Assembly: GCA_035528115.1 (NCBI GenBank)
Contig: DATKZF010000001.1
Location: 28,508-92,507 of the forward strand
Length of the DNA: 64,000 bases
From: Candidatus Bipolaricaulota bacterium
GTDB lineage: Bacteria; Patescibacteriota; Patescibacteriia; UBA11705; DATKZF01
Reading direction: 5' to 3'
The stretch's first letter is position 1. Each line of letters begins with the position of its first letter. Below, in pieces: positions 44,701 through 54,457 of this stretch. Below the pieces are notes generated by a model. It was given only the letters and a program-made list of their open reading frames with translations. It ran no database searches and was not told where the DNA came from. A program made the position numbers and the translations under genes.

Positions 44701-46932
44701 ATGAAAAGCATTTTTAAATCATCATTTATCCTGCTGTTTTTGGCCGTGATTTTGATTTTCGGGCAAGACGCTTTGGCCGCCAAATTTTATTTTGCCCCTG
44801 CCGGAGGCTCAATGTCTTCGAATTGCGAAAATTCGCTCGATATCATGATTGATACCGAAGGCGCCGGCACGATAGCGGCGGACGCCATTATTGAATTTAA
44901 TCCGGACGATATTGAGATTATCGATCAGTCGCCCGCTCCGGGCATCCAAATAAAAACCGGTGGCGCGTATGAAATGTATCCGGGTAATAAAATTGATCCT
45001 TCGGGCAAAATATTTTTGACCGGGTTTGATTCTTTGCAAGTATTCAACGGCACCGGAATTTTCGGCTCGATTGTCTTCAAAAGCAAGCCGGGAGTTCAAA
45101 ATACCGAATTCAATTTTTATTTTCAACGGAATCTGACGACCGACAGCAATGTCGCCAACCTCAACAGCGAGGATGTTTTGACAGCGGCCTCGGGCGCGAA
45201 TTTTTCTTTTCTGGCAATGGCTTGCGACAAAGATTTGTCCCCGCCGAGATTGGAAAATATCAGTCCCGCGGTATCCGCCAAGAACGTGGCTTGGGATTCC
45301 AAAGTGGCTTTTAACATCGTCGATGACGGGGCTGGCGTTGATTTGTCCACGGTCAAGGTCGTGGTGGACGGTGTGCGTTACGCCGTTGACGAAGAAGTGT
45401 CGTTTGATTTCACCGGAGACAAAAATGATTATAAAATAATTATTGACCCGCTCTATGATTTTTTTGAAAATGACACGATTAACGTGGAAATAAAAGTCGC
45501 GGACTTAAAAGGGAATGTCATGCCGACATTTTTTTACTCATTTTCAACGGGCAAAGCAATCGATCAAGAGCCCGTTTTACCCGCGGATTTTATGTCCGAG
45601 GAGGTTACCGTGCCGCAAGATTTGAGGCTTGATTTGTCTCAAGTCGAATTTTGGGCGGCCGCGCACACCGTGCCTTTGCTCCAGAGCAAGACCGGCGTCA
45701 TTTCGATTTTGCCTTTGAGCGTCTTTACCGCGGAATTTAACGCCTCCGCCTTATCAAAGCCGGTTAAAGACGCGCAATTGGCAATCGGTTCATCGATTTA
45801 TCAATTCGCGAAAACCAGCGACGGTTTGTTGTATAAAGTCAGTCTCCAAAGCGATGCGGAACCGGGATTTTATCCCGCTAAAATCATTATCAGGTATCTG
45901 GACGGTTCCATCGACGCGGTGGATTTCGCCGTCAATGTTTTGCCCTGGGGTGATATTTATGAGACGATAAGCGGGGAAAAGTCATTCGTGCCGGACGCGA
46001 CAATAATGTTAACGGATGATACCTCCAACGCGATTTGGCCGGGTTCGGCTTTTTCGCAAGCCAATCCGTCGCAAAGCGATCTTGAGGGCTCTTTCGGTTT
46101 TTTGACCGCGCCCGGACAATATAAAATCAAAATAGAAAAGGAAGGCTATAAAACAAGAGAAGTTTTTTTCGACAACGGGTCGATAATAAATCCCTCGATT
46201 GAATTGCTCGCTCTGCCGAAACCTTTAGCGACCGCGGGCGGCGCGATTGGATATATCAAATCTTTCGGCAAACTGATCAAATTCAAAATGAAATCGTTGG
46301 CTCAGACGTTGAGTTTGCCCGGAGTCACTCGGTTCGCGGCCAATGTCTTGTTCCCGGCCGCTTTGATCGCCACCTTGGTCAATTTGTTGAACGCCTTGGT
46401 TTCTCTGCGCTGGTTGGTTTATTTGTTCCTCTGGAGTCCGATGGCTTTTGTTCGAAAGCAACACAAGGATGGTCTGGTCTTTGACGCGAAAACGAATCGT
46501 CCCGTGCCGCTGGCCGTGGTTCATCTGATAGATATTGAGACGGACAAAATCGTCGCCACTCAAATCACGGGCAGAAACGGCCATTACAGTTTCAGAGCGA
46601 AAAAGGGTTCGTATAAAATTTTTGTCAGAAAACCTCATTACAAATATTCTCCCGACAATGAGACGATTGAAGTGACCGAGCCGATCGGCATTATCGCCAA
46701 AAACGTGGCGATGGAGCACGTCGGAGAATCAAAATTGCCGAACGGATTGATCAAATTCGGTATTTTCGCGCAAAAAACCGTGGCCATGATCGCTTGCTTT
46801 ATCGTTTTGGCCGAATTTATTTTGGACAGGACTTATTTTAATTTGTTTTTATTAATCGTTAATCTGGCGATTGTAATATTAATATTTGGCGTGGCCAAAA
46901 AAAAGGCAACGCGAAATTTTAACAAAATATGA
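44701..46932 (+). CDS. Large surface protein with N-terminal cohesin-like domain, carboxypeptidase-regulatory-like domain and C-terminal TM helices
   Basis: Signal peptide; cohesin-like SMSSNCENSLDIMIDTEGAGTIAADAIIEFNPDDIEII; CarbopepD_reg-like HLIDIETDKIVATQITGRNGHYSF; C-terminal TMs. Confidence 0.4.
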   Translation: MKSIFKSSFILLFLAVILIFGQDALAAKFYFAPAGGSMSSNCENSLDIMIDTEGAGTIAADAIIEFNPDDIEIIDQSPAPGIQIKTGGAYEMYPGNKIDPSGKIFLTGFDSLQVFNGTGIFGSIVFKSKPGVQNTEFNFYFQRNLTTDSNVANLNSEDVLTAASGANFSFLAMACDKDLSPPRLENISPAVSAKNVAWDSKVAFNIVDDGAGVDLSTVKVVVDGVRYAVDEEVSFDFTGDKNDYKIIIDPLYDFFENDTINVEIKVADLKGNVMPTFFYSFSTGKAIDQEPVLPADFMSEEVTVPQDLRLDLSQVEFWAAAHTVPLLQSKTGVISILPLSVFTAEFNASALSKPVKDAQLAIGSSIYQFAKTSDGLLYKVSLQSDAEPGFYPAKIIIRYLDGSIDAVDFAVNVLPWGDIYETISGEKSFVPDATIMLTDDTSNAIWPGSAFSQANPSQSDLEGSFGFLTAPGQYKIKIEKEGYKTREVFFDNGSIINPSIELLALPKPLATAGGAIGYIKSFGKLIKFKMKSLAQTLSLPGVTRFAANVLFPAALIATLVNLLNALVSLRWLVYLFLWSPMAFVRKQHKDGLVFDAKTNRPVPLAVVHLIDIETDKIVATQITGRNGHYSFRAKKGSYKIFVRKPHYKYSPDNETIEVTEPIGIIAKNVAMEHVGESKLPNGLIKFGIFAQKTVAMIACFIVLAEFILDRTYFNLFLLIVNLAIVILIFGVAKKKATRNFNKI

Positions 46933-47546
46933 AAAAATTAAAAAACGCGTTATTGATTTTGGGTATTGTCGCTTTGATCGGAGCAAGTATGTATGTGGGT
47001 TGGTCAGTGGCCAAGCCGGAAAAGACTCAACGCCTCGTGACCGCTGAGGTTATTTTGACGACTCTTCACGCGCAGGGTTTTTTAATCAGCGAGAAATATG
47101 TTTTTGACGAACCGATCACCATTGAAAACACCCAGGGCACCTGGAAAGACTTGTTCTTCGGTCAAACGATCGAAGCTCGCGGCGTGGTAGAGGTCAGTAT
47201 GGGAATTGATTTGCAAAAAGTCAAAGAAGAAGATGTTGATTTTCAATTGAATAAAGTGATTCTTTATTTGCCGCAAACGGAAATTTACAATACTCGTCTG
47301 GTCGGCAGAATCGACGTGCAAAACAAGCAAGGCATATTAAAGCGGCTTTTGGACAGCGACGACGGTTATAATCAAGCCTTGGAAGAGCTGACCGTTCAGG
47401 CCGAAGCCGCGGCGAAACAAGAAAATTTGCAAAAAATAGCGGATGAAAACGCGGTGGCGGAAATTACCAGAATATTGAAGCTGGTGGTTAAGGATAAAGA
47501 GATTGAAGTTCGTTTTAAAAATAATGAAAAAAACGAGGGGATATAG
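46929..47546 (+). CDS. DUF4230-like membrane-anchored protein
   Basis: N-terminal TM plus ~180 aa domain with the DUF4230 pattern. Confidence 0.4.
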   Translation: MKKLKNALLILGIVALIGASMYVGWSVAKPEKTQRLVTAEVILTTLHAQGFLISEKYVFDEPITIENTQGTWKDLFFGQTIEARGVVEVSMGIDLQKVKEEDVDFQLNKVILYLPQTEIYNTRLVGRIDVQNKQGILKRLLDSDDGYNQALEELTVQAEAAAKQENLQKIADENAVAEITRILKLVVKDKEIEVRFKNNEKNEGI

Positions 47547-47549
47547 TCT

Positions 47550-48455
47550 ATGAAGCGACTGATGATATTTTTTTGGTTGTTTATATTGTTTTCGGCCTTG
47601 CCCGTTTTGGCGGCGAACAAAAACATCGACGTGCCGTTCACGGTGCAAGCTCCCGACGGCTGGTACTCGCCGTTTGACGAAGCGTGTGAAGAAGCGGCCA
47701 TTGTCATGCTGGATAATTTTTATCAAGGCAAAAATTATATTGCCGATCCCAAAAAAGAAATTTTAGCCGTAGTGAGTATTGAAAATAAACTCTGGGGGTA
47801 CAATAAAGACACGGACGCTCATCAAATGGCTCATATTATCAATAATTTTTTCGCTTTTGAAACGGACACGAAAAATAACTCGACTTTGGCGGCGATAAAA
47901 AATGAAATTGATAATAATCGTCCGGTGTTGGTGCCGGTTTACGGCCGCGGCTTGTCAAATCCCAATTTTCGCGGGGCCGGTCCGATTTATCACGTGGTTA
48001 TAATCAAGGGGTATGATGATTCGACCAAAGAATTCATTGTTAATGAACCGGGTACTATTCATGGTCATGATTGGCGATACGATTTCGATGAAATGATGAA
48101 CGCGATTCATGATTTGAATTATTCCAATCAGCAGGAAGGCGCCAAAGTTGTTTTATTCACGCATGACGACATTAGACATTCGGGCTGGAGCGACGCGGAC
48201 AAAGACGGCTTTTCAAAATCCGAAGAAATGAAATCCGGCACTGATTTAAAATCGGCTTTGTCATTTCCCGGACAAAATTTCGCGATCTATAACAATAAAA
48301 TTTTGCGAAGTTTCACCGATCCCAGAGTATTTTTAATTAATAACGGTCATAAATCCAGAATTTATTCAGCGAGAGAGCTTTTTGCCAAAGGCTTTGATTG
48401 GAGGGATTTGCTCAGAGTCGAGCAAAACGTTTTGGATTTGATACCCAATCAATAA
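47550..48455 (+). CDS. Secreted C39-like (Peptidase_C39_2) cysteine peptidase-domain protein
   Basis: Signal peptide; VPFTVQAPDGWYSPFDEACEEAAIVM resembles the C39_2 catalytic Cys region. Confidence 0.45.
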   Translation: MKRLMIFFWLFILFSALPVLAANKNIDVPFTVQAPDGWYSPFDEACEEAAIVMLDNFYQGKNYIADPKKEILAVVSIENKLWGYNKDTDAHQMAHIINNFFAFETDTKNNSTLAAIKNEIDNNRPVLVPVYGRGLSNPNFRGAGPIYHVVIIKGYDDSTKEFIVNEPGTIHGHDWRYDFDEMMNAIHDLNYSNQQEGAKVVLFTHDDIRHSGWSDADKDGFSKSEEMKSGTDLKSALSFPGQNFAIYNNKILRSFTDPRVFLINNGHKSRIYSARELFAKGFDWRDLLRVEQNVLDLIPNQ

Positions 48456-48459
48456 AAAT

Positions 48460-49047
48460 ATGGTTGAATCGATTCGCGAATCTTTGCCGGCGGCCAAACC
48501 CGCTCGAAGACCCGGTAAAAAAAATATCAGGCCGGTCTTGTCCAGTTTTGAGCTGGATAAAATCAGCTCGGAAGATGAAAAAATAATCAAATCTTTTTGG
48601 CGGGCGATTGACATGGACGTCGACCCGGCCGCCAATATTGTGATTTATTCTCAAGATTTAATAGAGGGCGATCCGGAAGCCAGAAAACAAATGGAAAACG
48701 CTTTTGACAGATTGAGAAATAAAAAAGCCTTGAATTTTCCCGATCAGCGCAAATTGCATTTTGAGCAAATAGTTGATGAAATCGCTTTGGCCGATTTTTT
48801 ACCGGTCGGAATTCGAACCAGAAAATCAGATCCCATTCCAACAAACGGCAAATTGTATTTGATTGATGAATATGGAAAGTTAAATTGGTATTTCGGTGAG
48901 GCAAAAGAAGATAAGGTCATGGATTTGCGTCCATTTGAAGCCATAGGCGCTTCGATGCTGCCGTCGTTTGGCGAAGGAGCGCTGAAAAAGTTGATGGATG
49001 CTGTAATCGAAAAACAGATGGCGGCCGCGGAGAAAAAAATGTCATGA
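48460..49047 (+). CDS. Hypothetical protein
   Basis: ORF only. Confidence 0.35.
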   Translation: MVESIRESLPAAKPARRPGKKNIRPVLSSFELDKISSEDEKIIKSFWRAIDMDVDPAANIVIYSQDLIEGDPEARKQMENAFDRLRNKKALNFPDQRKLHFEQIVDEIALADFLPVGIRTRKSDPIPTNGKLYLIDEYGKLNWYFGEAKEDKVMDLRPFEAIGASMLPSFGEGALKKLMDAVIEKQMAAAEKKMS

Positions 49048-49190
49048 ACAACCGTTTATGGTTAGCGGGAGTTTTCCAATTTAAAATCAAAAATAAAAAC
49101 AGGCAATTGAAAGGTTGCTTTATTTTTCCCAAAGGGATTCTGTTGGGATAAATTTGTGACCATTGGTAACGAAACAAGAAATACTACAAC

Positions 49191-49274
49191 CAAGGATAGC
49201 TTAATAGACGTGGTAATTTGTAACTAATATAACGCCAAGGCTAGCCAATCGGCGGCAATCATTTGTAACGTATG
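49191..49274 (+). promoter_or_regulatory. Tandem family 2 leader element (two CCAAGG[CA]TAGC...ATTTGTAAC units) ending at the VIT gene ATG
   Basis: Aligns unit for unit with 6110-6223 upstream of the AMP phosphorylase gene, including AATATAACGCCAAGGCTAGC and TTTGTAACGTATG. Confidence 0.5.
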
Positions 49275-49970
49275 AATAAATTCGCCAAAAAAATTTTAAA
49301 TCAAATTCGAAACGTGGTTTTCGGCGTTGAAGACGGCCTGATTTCCACGCTCGGAGTATTAACGGGCATTGCCGGAGGCACGAACAACAAGGCAATCGTG
49401 ATTTTAACCGGCTTCGTGGTCGTTTTTGTGGAAGCGTCATCAATGGCCGTGGGCACGTTTCTTTCATCCAAATCCGAAAGACAAGCCAAGGTTAAAAAAT
49501 TAAAGGAAGAATTGGAAAAAATCAGGGAAAATCCTGAAAAAGAAAAGCTGGAATTGGTTGAATTTTATAAAAGAAGAGGTTACAGCGAAAAAGAAATCAG
49601 CATGATGGTGAAACGAGTCAGCGGCAGTGAAAAATTGATTTTGGAAGAAATGGCCAATAAGGAACTGGGCATTTCCATGAAAAGAGAATATAAAACAAAG
49701 CGAGGAGCGTTTTATATGTTCTTTTCATATATGATCGGTGGTTCAATCCCCGTGTTGCCTTATTTTTTCTTTTCGGTAAATATTGGCATTGTTTTTTCAA
49801 TAATATTAACCTCAATCGGACTTTTCTTTTTGGGATATTACAAGGGCTGGTTGACTGGAGTGCCTAAGGTTAAAAGCGGTTTGGAAATGTTTGTCATGGC
49901 GGCCGTGGTGTCAGGATTGGGATTTGCCGTAGGCAAAATAATCGGCCACTTCATTGGCTTGGTTTCATAA
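49272..49970 (+). CDS. VIT1/CCC1-family (DUF125) Fe/Mn transporter
   Basis: GVEDGLISTLGVLTGIAG motif; C-terminal TM bundle. Confidence 0.7.
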   Translation: MNKFAKKILNQIRNVVFGVEDGLISTLGVLTGIAGGTNNKAIVILTGFVVVFVEASSMAVGTFLSSKSERQAKVKKLKEELEKIRENPEKEKLELVEFYKRRGYSEKEISMMVKRVSGSEKLILEEMANKELGISMKREYKTKRGAFYMFFSYMIGGSIPVLPYFFFSVNIGIVFSIILTSIGLFFLGYYKGWLTGVPKVKSGLEMFVMAAVVSGLGFAVGKIIGHFIGLVS

Positions 49971-50418
49971 TATGACTTTGGTTAATTACAAAAAGAAAAG
50001 AAAATTTGAAAAAACATCGGAACCCAAAGCCGTGGTGGCAAGTTCGAAAAAAGGAAATATTTATTCCATTCAAGAGCATCATGCCAGAAATTTGCATTGG
50101 GATTTGAGGTTGGAAGAAAAAGGCGTTTTAAAATCCTTCGCCATTCCCAAGACTCCGCCGAGAAAAACGGGACTGAAGCGTTTGGCGGTTCAGACCGAAG
50201 ACCATCCGGTGGCTTACGCGTTTTGGCAGGGAGAAATTCCCAAAGGAGAATACGGAGGCGGTAAAGTTAAAATTTGGGATAGGGGGGAATATAAGACGAT
50301 TGAAAAAGATAAGAAAAAATGGTTGATTGAAATTTCCGGTAAAAAATTAAAAGGCAAATACGCCCTGATTCATTTTAGAGAAAAAAATTGGTTGTTTTTC
50401 AAAATGAAAAAAGATTAA
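49954..50418 (+). CDS. Standalone DNA ligase D 3'-phosphoesterase (PE) domain protein
   Basis: HHARNLHWDLRLE...GVLKSFAIPKTP matches the LigD PE signature. Confidence 0.7.
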   Translation: MAWFHNMTLVNYKKKRKFEKTSEPKAVVASSKKGNIYSIQEHHARNLHWDLRLEEKGVLKSFAIPKTPPRKTGLKRLAVQTEDHPVAYAFWQGEIPKGEYGGGKVKIWDRGEYKTIEKDKKKWLIEISGKKLKGKYALIHFREKNWLFFKMKKD

Positions 50419-50458
50419 AATTACAAATTATAAAAGCCTCGTCGAGTTTCGGCGGGGC

Positions 50459-50683
50459 TTATTGGTTTTCGGGGGTGCCTTGTAGGTACCCCATGAGATA
50501 TTCCGGCGTGCTACCGGAGTTGGCGCGACGTTCGAACGCGTCTTTTTTGCCGTGATTCCATTCACGGAAATTCCCCGTGATGTGCGGGCACTCGGACTCG
50601 TGAAACCCTTGATTTCTCAGACAATACGCGCACTTCATCGGGAGCAAGATTACCGCGAGATCGATGTCATTTGGACGCATCAC
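50459..50683 (-). CDS. Hypothetical small Cys/His-rich protein, GC-rich
   Basis: ORF; local GC well above background. Confidence 0.3.
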   Translation of the reverse strand: MMRPNDIDLAVILLPMKCAYCLRNQGFHESECPHITGNFREWNHGKKDAFERRANSGSTPEYLMGYLQGTPENQ

Positions 50684-50806
50684 AAGCTCTTCCTTTCACG
50701 CCTTGGCGTTGTAAACATTGTTATTATGCATAGATTAATATTTTTTGTCAAGTTTGCGTTTTATTCGAAAATTGTATAAATTATAGTGTGCATAGGAGGT
50801 GAAGCG

Positions 50807-51142
50807 ATGAGTGTAAACTCTGAAATTGTAAGACTGCACGGAAAATTGGTTGGCCGGAGAAGACGCGATGCAAAAAGATGGGAGCTTTCTTTGTCGGACA
50901 CGACATCAAGAGATGACCTGATTGCGCTACTAGAGTATTTGCGTGAAGAAACTCCGCGGTTTTGCCGAATACCCGGGGTGAACTTCTTGAAAGACAGAGA
51001 TCCTCGCTCGCTCATTTTGAAGCTGTTGGCGATCAAAAACGACAAGAGAAGATCGCGAAAAAAATACGAGCGCAGAACGGCAGTCATGATTTCCAGAATC
51101 GATAATTGCATCGAAATACTGATCCAAATCTCGCGAAGCTGA
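50807..51142 (+). CDS. Hypothetical protein, GC-rich
   Basis: GGAGGTGAAGCGATG Shine-Dalgarno-like site. Confidence 0.35.
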   Translation: MSVNSEIVRLHGKLVGRRRRDAKRWELSLSDTTSRDDLIALLEYLREETPRFCRIPGVNFLKDRDPRSLILKLLAIKNDKRRSRKKYERRTAVMISRIDNCIEILIQISRS

Positions 51143-51279
51143 TTCATAATCGGCTTTTTAAAATTTTAAAAGACAGATCGTGAATCTGTCTTAGAACGTC
51201 GATTGACTGATATCAACAGTTTTTTTGACAGAAAATGCGAATATTTATACGCTTTAATCAGGAAGGTAGGAGGTCACAC

Positions 51280-51540
51280 ATGTGTTATGTCAAGCTCAAG
51301 GGAGGGAAACAGGTTCACAGACTGTTTTTTTTGGCCGTGTTGAATCAGGTGCGAACGCTGGCCATATTTTATCCTGAAGCTTTTGTCGCTTTGCGGCAAT
51401 GCTGCATCGAGCCCGGACAAGAGCTGCCGTCTGATATTCTGGAAACGCTAAACAGCGAGCTTTATCTCGTTGACGTAGGAGGCAATGTTTGCCCTGAATT
51501 AAGAGACATAGTAATCTCTCTAATGATCAAAGACGGATAA
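51280..51540 (+). CDS. Hypothetical protein, GC-rich
   Basis: GGTAGGAGGTCACACATG Shine-Dalgarno-like site. Confidence 0.35.
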   Translation: MCYVKLKGGKQVHRLFFLAVLNQVRTLAIFYPEAFVALRQCCIEPGQELPSDILETLNSELYLVDVGGNVCPELRDIVISLMIKDG

Positions 51541-51818
51541 ACTTATCCGTTTTTTCAATCTTGACTTCGGGTCGGTTTTGATGTATATTGTATTTTGTAA
51601 TCGTTATGCATTGGCCGGCATAGCTTCCGCCTTCGCTCCTCGCTTTGCTCAGAGCTTCGGCGGACAGGTCCGCCTACGTTGAAACTTCGGCGGACAGGCA
51701 GTGGTTTTGCCCGCTCGACTCAGTGGAGCTTCGCGAGCGGGTCCGCTCAGCAGCGAATCTGCGTGAGCGGATAAACCATTGGTTGTATTGCCCTTTGTAA
51801 TTAATCACTATTTATCGT

Positions 51819-51893
51819 GCCAGCGTAGCTCAGTGGCAGAGCAGTGGTTTTGTAAACCATTGGTCGTGGGTTCGACTCCCTCCGCTGGCTCCA
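51819..51893 (+). tRNA. tRNA-Thr (anticodon TGT), with one T-stem mismatch
   Basis: Acceptor GCCAGCG/CGCTGGC, D-arm GCTC/GAGC, anticodon loop TTTGTAA, T-loop TTCGACT, CCA. Confidence 0.65.
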
Positions 51894-52106
51894 CTCTAAA
51901 TTTTGAAAAAGAGTATAACGTGGGTTCCCACCTGCGCTCCTCGCTCCGCTCGTAGGAGTTACGCCTGCCTTCGTCCCTCGACAAGCTCAGGGCTTCCGCC
52001 TACGCCAATGCTTCGGCGGACAGGTCGGCTGGCAGGCCATTTCGCCCTTGATTTGTTTTGAAATAAGGTGTATAATTAAAAACGTTGAATATTTAATATA
52101 GAAAAT

Positions 52107-52262
52107 ATGTCACAAGACAACATGATTAAATTGGAGTGCAAGGAATGCAAGCAAATCAATTATTACTCTCATAAAAACAAGAAAATTTTGAAAGAAAGAC
52201 TTGAGATGAAAAAACATTGCAAGCATTGCAAAAAGCACACCATGCACAAAGAAATCAAGTAA
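52107..52262 (+). CDS. rpmG: 50S ribosomal protein L33 (51 aa; not in the ORF track)
   Basis: [51 protein letters not shown]; CxxC...CxxC zinc ribbon and L33 signature KNK...LE.KK.C..C.KHT.H.E.K. Confidence 0.8.
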   Translation: MSQDNMIKLECKECKQINYYSHKNKKILKERLEMKKHCKHCKKHTMHKEIK

Positions 52263-52264
52263 AT

Positions 52265-52294
52265 AAAAAACCTCTCGACAAGAGAGGTTTTTTG
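52265..52294. terminator. Bidirectional intrinsic terminator (CCTCTCGACAAGAGAGG + T-run)
   Basis: Read directly. Confidence 0.65.
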
Positions 52295-52300
52295 TTTTTC

Positions 52301-54385
52301 TTAATATTTGAAAATGTAAATTTGATCGTCTATGGATTTTGATTCCAAGGAGTTGGCAATTGCTTGCGTCACCGTATTATTGAAATTATTCCAGTATTTC
52401 GGAATCACGAAATAAACCGTGTCCGCGCCCGTTAAATTTTTAACTTCATTGACGTATTCGATCTTGGGGGCATCGTTGACCATTTTAAGAAAATATTGAT
52501 ACAGCTCGCCGCCGGTGGGAACGGGATAATAAAAATAGCCGTTTAAGGTCGGCGCAAAGCCGTACAATCTAACGGCCGCGGCTGAAGTGTTTTGATTCGC
52601 CAGCACCACATATTTTTCGCTTTCGTTTTTATTGATATATTCGGCCGCGGCAAAATCGTATTTGCTGACATTGACGGCCGGGTCGGCTGAGACATTGTCG
52701 AATCGCGGATAACTCAGGTAAAAGCCGGCGCAAATCAGCAGAGAAGCCATGACTTGAAATGAAATTTCGGCCAACCTCTTTTCTTTGATTTTATCAATCA
52801 ATAGATTCCATGCTGAAATAAAAACAGGGGTCATTATGATAAACATTAAGAAAATCAGCCGCTGAGCGTAATCCGAGCGTTCGTAATAAATCAGCTCGTT
52901 GAAGGCGAAAATATTTTTTAGAATCAAGTAATTGATTAAAATAAGGAAGAAAGCGCCGAGGTAAATGCTGAAAACGCGCGTTTCTTTTTTTCGCTCGGCG
53001 GATTTTTTTATGGCGAATAAAATAAAGATGGCGATAAATATCAAAAAGAAAAATTTCCAATTGAAGCCGTAAAAATAAACCAAGTCAAGGATGTATCTGA
53101 AATTGTTTTTCCAGTAAAATACGTGCGTGAAAAAATGTCCGGCCGATTCAACCATTGCCTGCAAATCAAAAGATAAAATTGTTCGCTGGCCGCCCAGAAG
53201 CCCGGCCGCCATAAAAGCGAGCGGCGCTATTGTCGCGGATAAAATAATATAGCCGATTTTTAAAGCTTTGATTCCAATCGACTCGCTGCGTTTTTGAAAG
53301 ATTAAAATTCCGATGGCGAATAAAAAGGCAGGCAGGCCGGACAGCGGATGGACGCAAATGGCGGCCGCGGCGAAAAAAATCGGCCACAGCCAAGAAATGC
53401 TTTTTTCCTTTAAATATTTGAAACAGAGAAAAGAGACGATCAAACAAAATAAAAAAGAAAGATATTGGGGAGTGGTCACGATCAAAAAAGAGCAGGGAAC
53501 TGTCAGAAATAACAGCGCGGCCGCCGGTTTGATTCTTTTTACGCAGCTCAGAATAAGGTGAGGCAAGGCCGCCGCGGCCAAAACGGGTAAAAGCAATCTG
53601 TCCAGCCAGTCGATGGGAACTGCCAATACTTTATTGGCGAATACTTCAATGGCGTATTGGCCCAGATAATAAAACGGTTTGGGCGAGACAAAGCCGTCTT
53701 TGACGATGAGCTCGACCGTTTTTTGATGAATGAACGGATCATAACCGAAACCGAGTTTATAAACGATAACCGCCACTGAAAATGACAGAAAAAAATGAAT
53801 GGACAAAAATATTTTTTGCCAGAATTTTTTGAGCTTCACCCGGGTCAGAAAAACTATAAGAATGAAAGTGGCGATGAAATAAACGATAAAAATTCTTTTG
53901 TCGATAAAAGCCCATGGAGTTGGCGCGGCAATGTCGTTTCTACCGTCAATGATGATTTTGAAAGCGAAACCGGCCGCGATCAGATAGCTTGTAGCGCATA
54001 AAAATTCCCTGAAGTCCAATTTCAATTTCGGCCAAGACGGCCTTTTCAGCGGCGCGCCAAACTTAAGCCATAGCGCTGAAATATGCCCGCCAAGGAAAAC
54101 GGACATTAATGCAATGGCCAAATCGTTCAATTGATAAATAAAATAAACCACTGATCCCAAAATCGCGATTTCTCCGATCATGATCAACGCGGCCCACAGC
54201 CATGAGCGCAAAGCGGTTTTGCCCAACAGCGAGTAAAGAAGATATAAATTCAGCAAAATAAACAAAAGTCCGGAAATCAAATGCCAGATCATGTTGACGG
54301 CCGCGTATTGATTGACGCAGACGGCCGCGGTCAATAAAAGGTCGAAGAATAAAACGAGAATTTTAATTTTCATATCTGAGACCAT
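52301..54385 (-). CDS. Large polytopic membrane protein with extracytoplasmic C-terminal domain (possible YfhO/GT-C-like glycosyltransferase)
   Basis: More than 12 predicted TM helices then a ~150-aa soluble C-terminus; family assignment uncertain. Confidence 0.35.
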   Translation of the reverse strand: MVSDMKIKILVLFFDLLLTAAVCVNQYAAVNMIWHLISGLLFILLNLYLLYSLLGKTALRSWLWAALIMIGEIAILGSVVYFIYQLNDLAIALMSVFLGGHISALWLKFGAPLKRPSWPKLKLDFREFLCATSYLIAAGFAFKIIIDGRNDIAAPTPWAFIDKRIFIVYFIATFILIVFLTRVKLKKFWQKIFLSIHFFLSFSVAVIVYKLGFGYDPFIHQKTVELIVKDGFVSPKPFYYLGQYAIEVFANKVLAVPIDWLDRLLLPVLAAAALPHLILSCVKRIKPAAALLFLTVPCSFLIVTTPQYLSFLFCLIVSFLCFKYLKEKSISWLWPIFFAAAAICVHPLSGLPAFLFAIGILIFQKRSESIGIKALKIGYIILSATIAPLAFMAAGLLGGQRTILSFDLQAMVESAGHFFTHVFYWKNNFRYILDLVYFYGFNWKFFFLIFIAIFILFAIKKSAERKKETRVFSIYLGAFFLILINYLILKNIFAFNELIYYERSDYAQRLIFLMFIIMTPVFISAWNLLIDKIKEKRLAEISFQVMASLLICAGFYLSYPRFDNVSADPAVNVSKYDFAAAEYINKNESEKYVVLANQNTSAAAVRLYGFAPTLNGYFYYPVPTGGELYQYFLKMVNDAPKIEYVNEVKNLTGADTVYFVIPKYWNNFNNTVTQAIANSLESKSIDDQIYIFKY

Positions 54386-54457
54386 TGTAGCCTCAAATCA
54401 AAGGCTTTTCAAACGGTTAGCTTGATAATTACGATTTTTTTGGTAGAATGGCATTAT

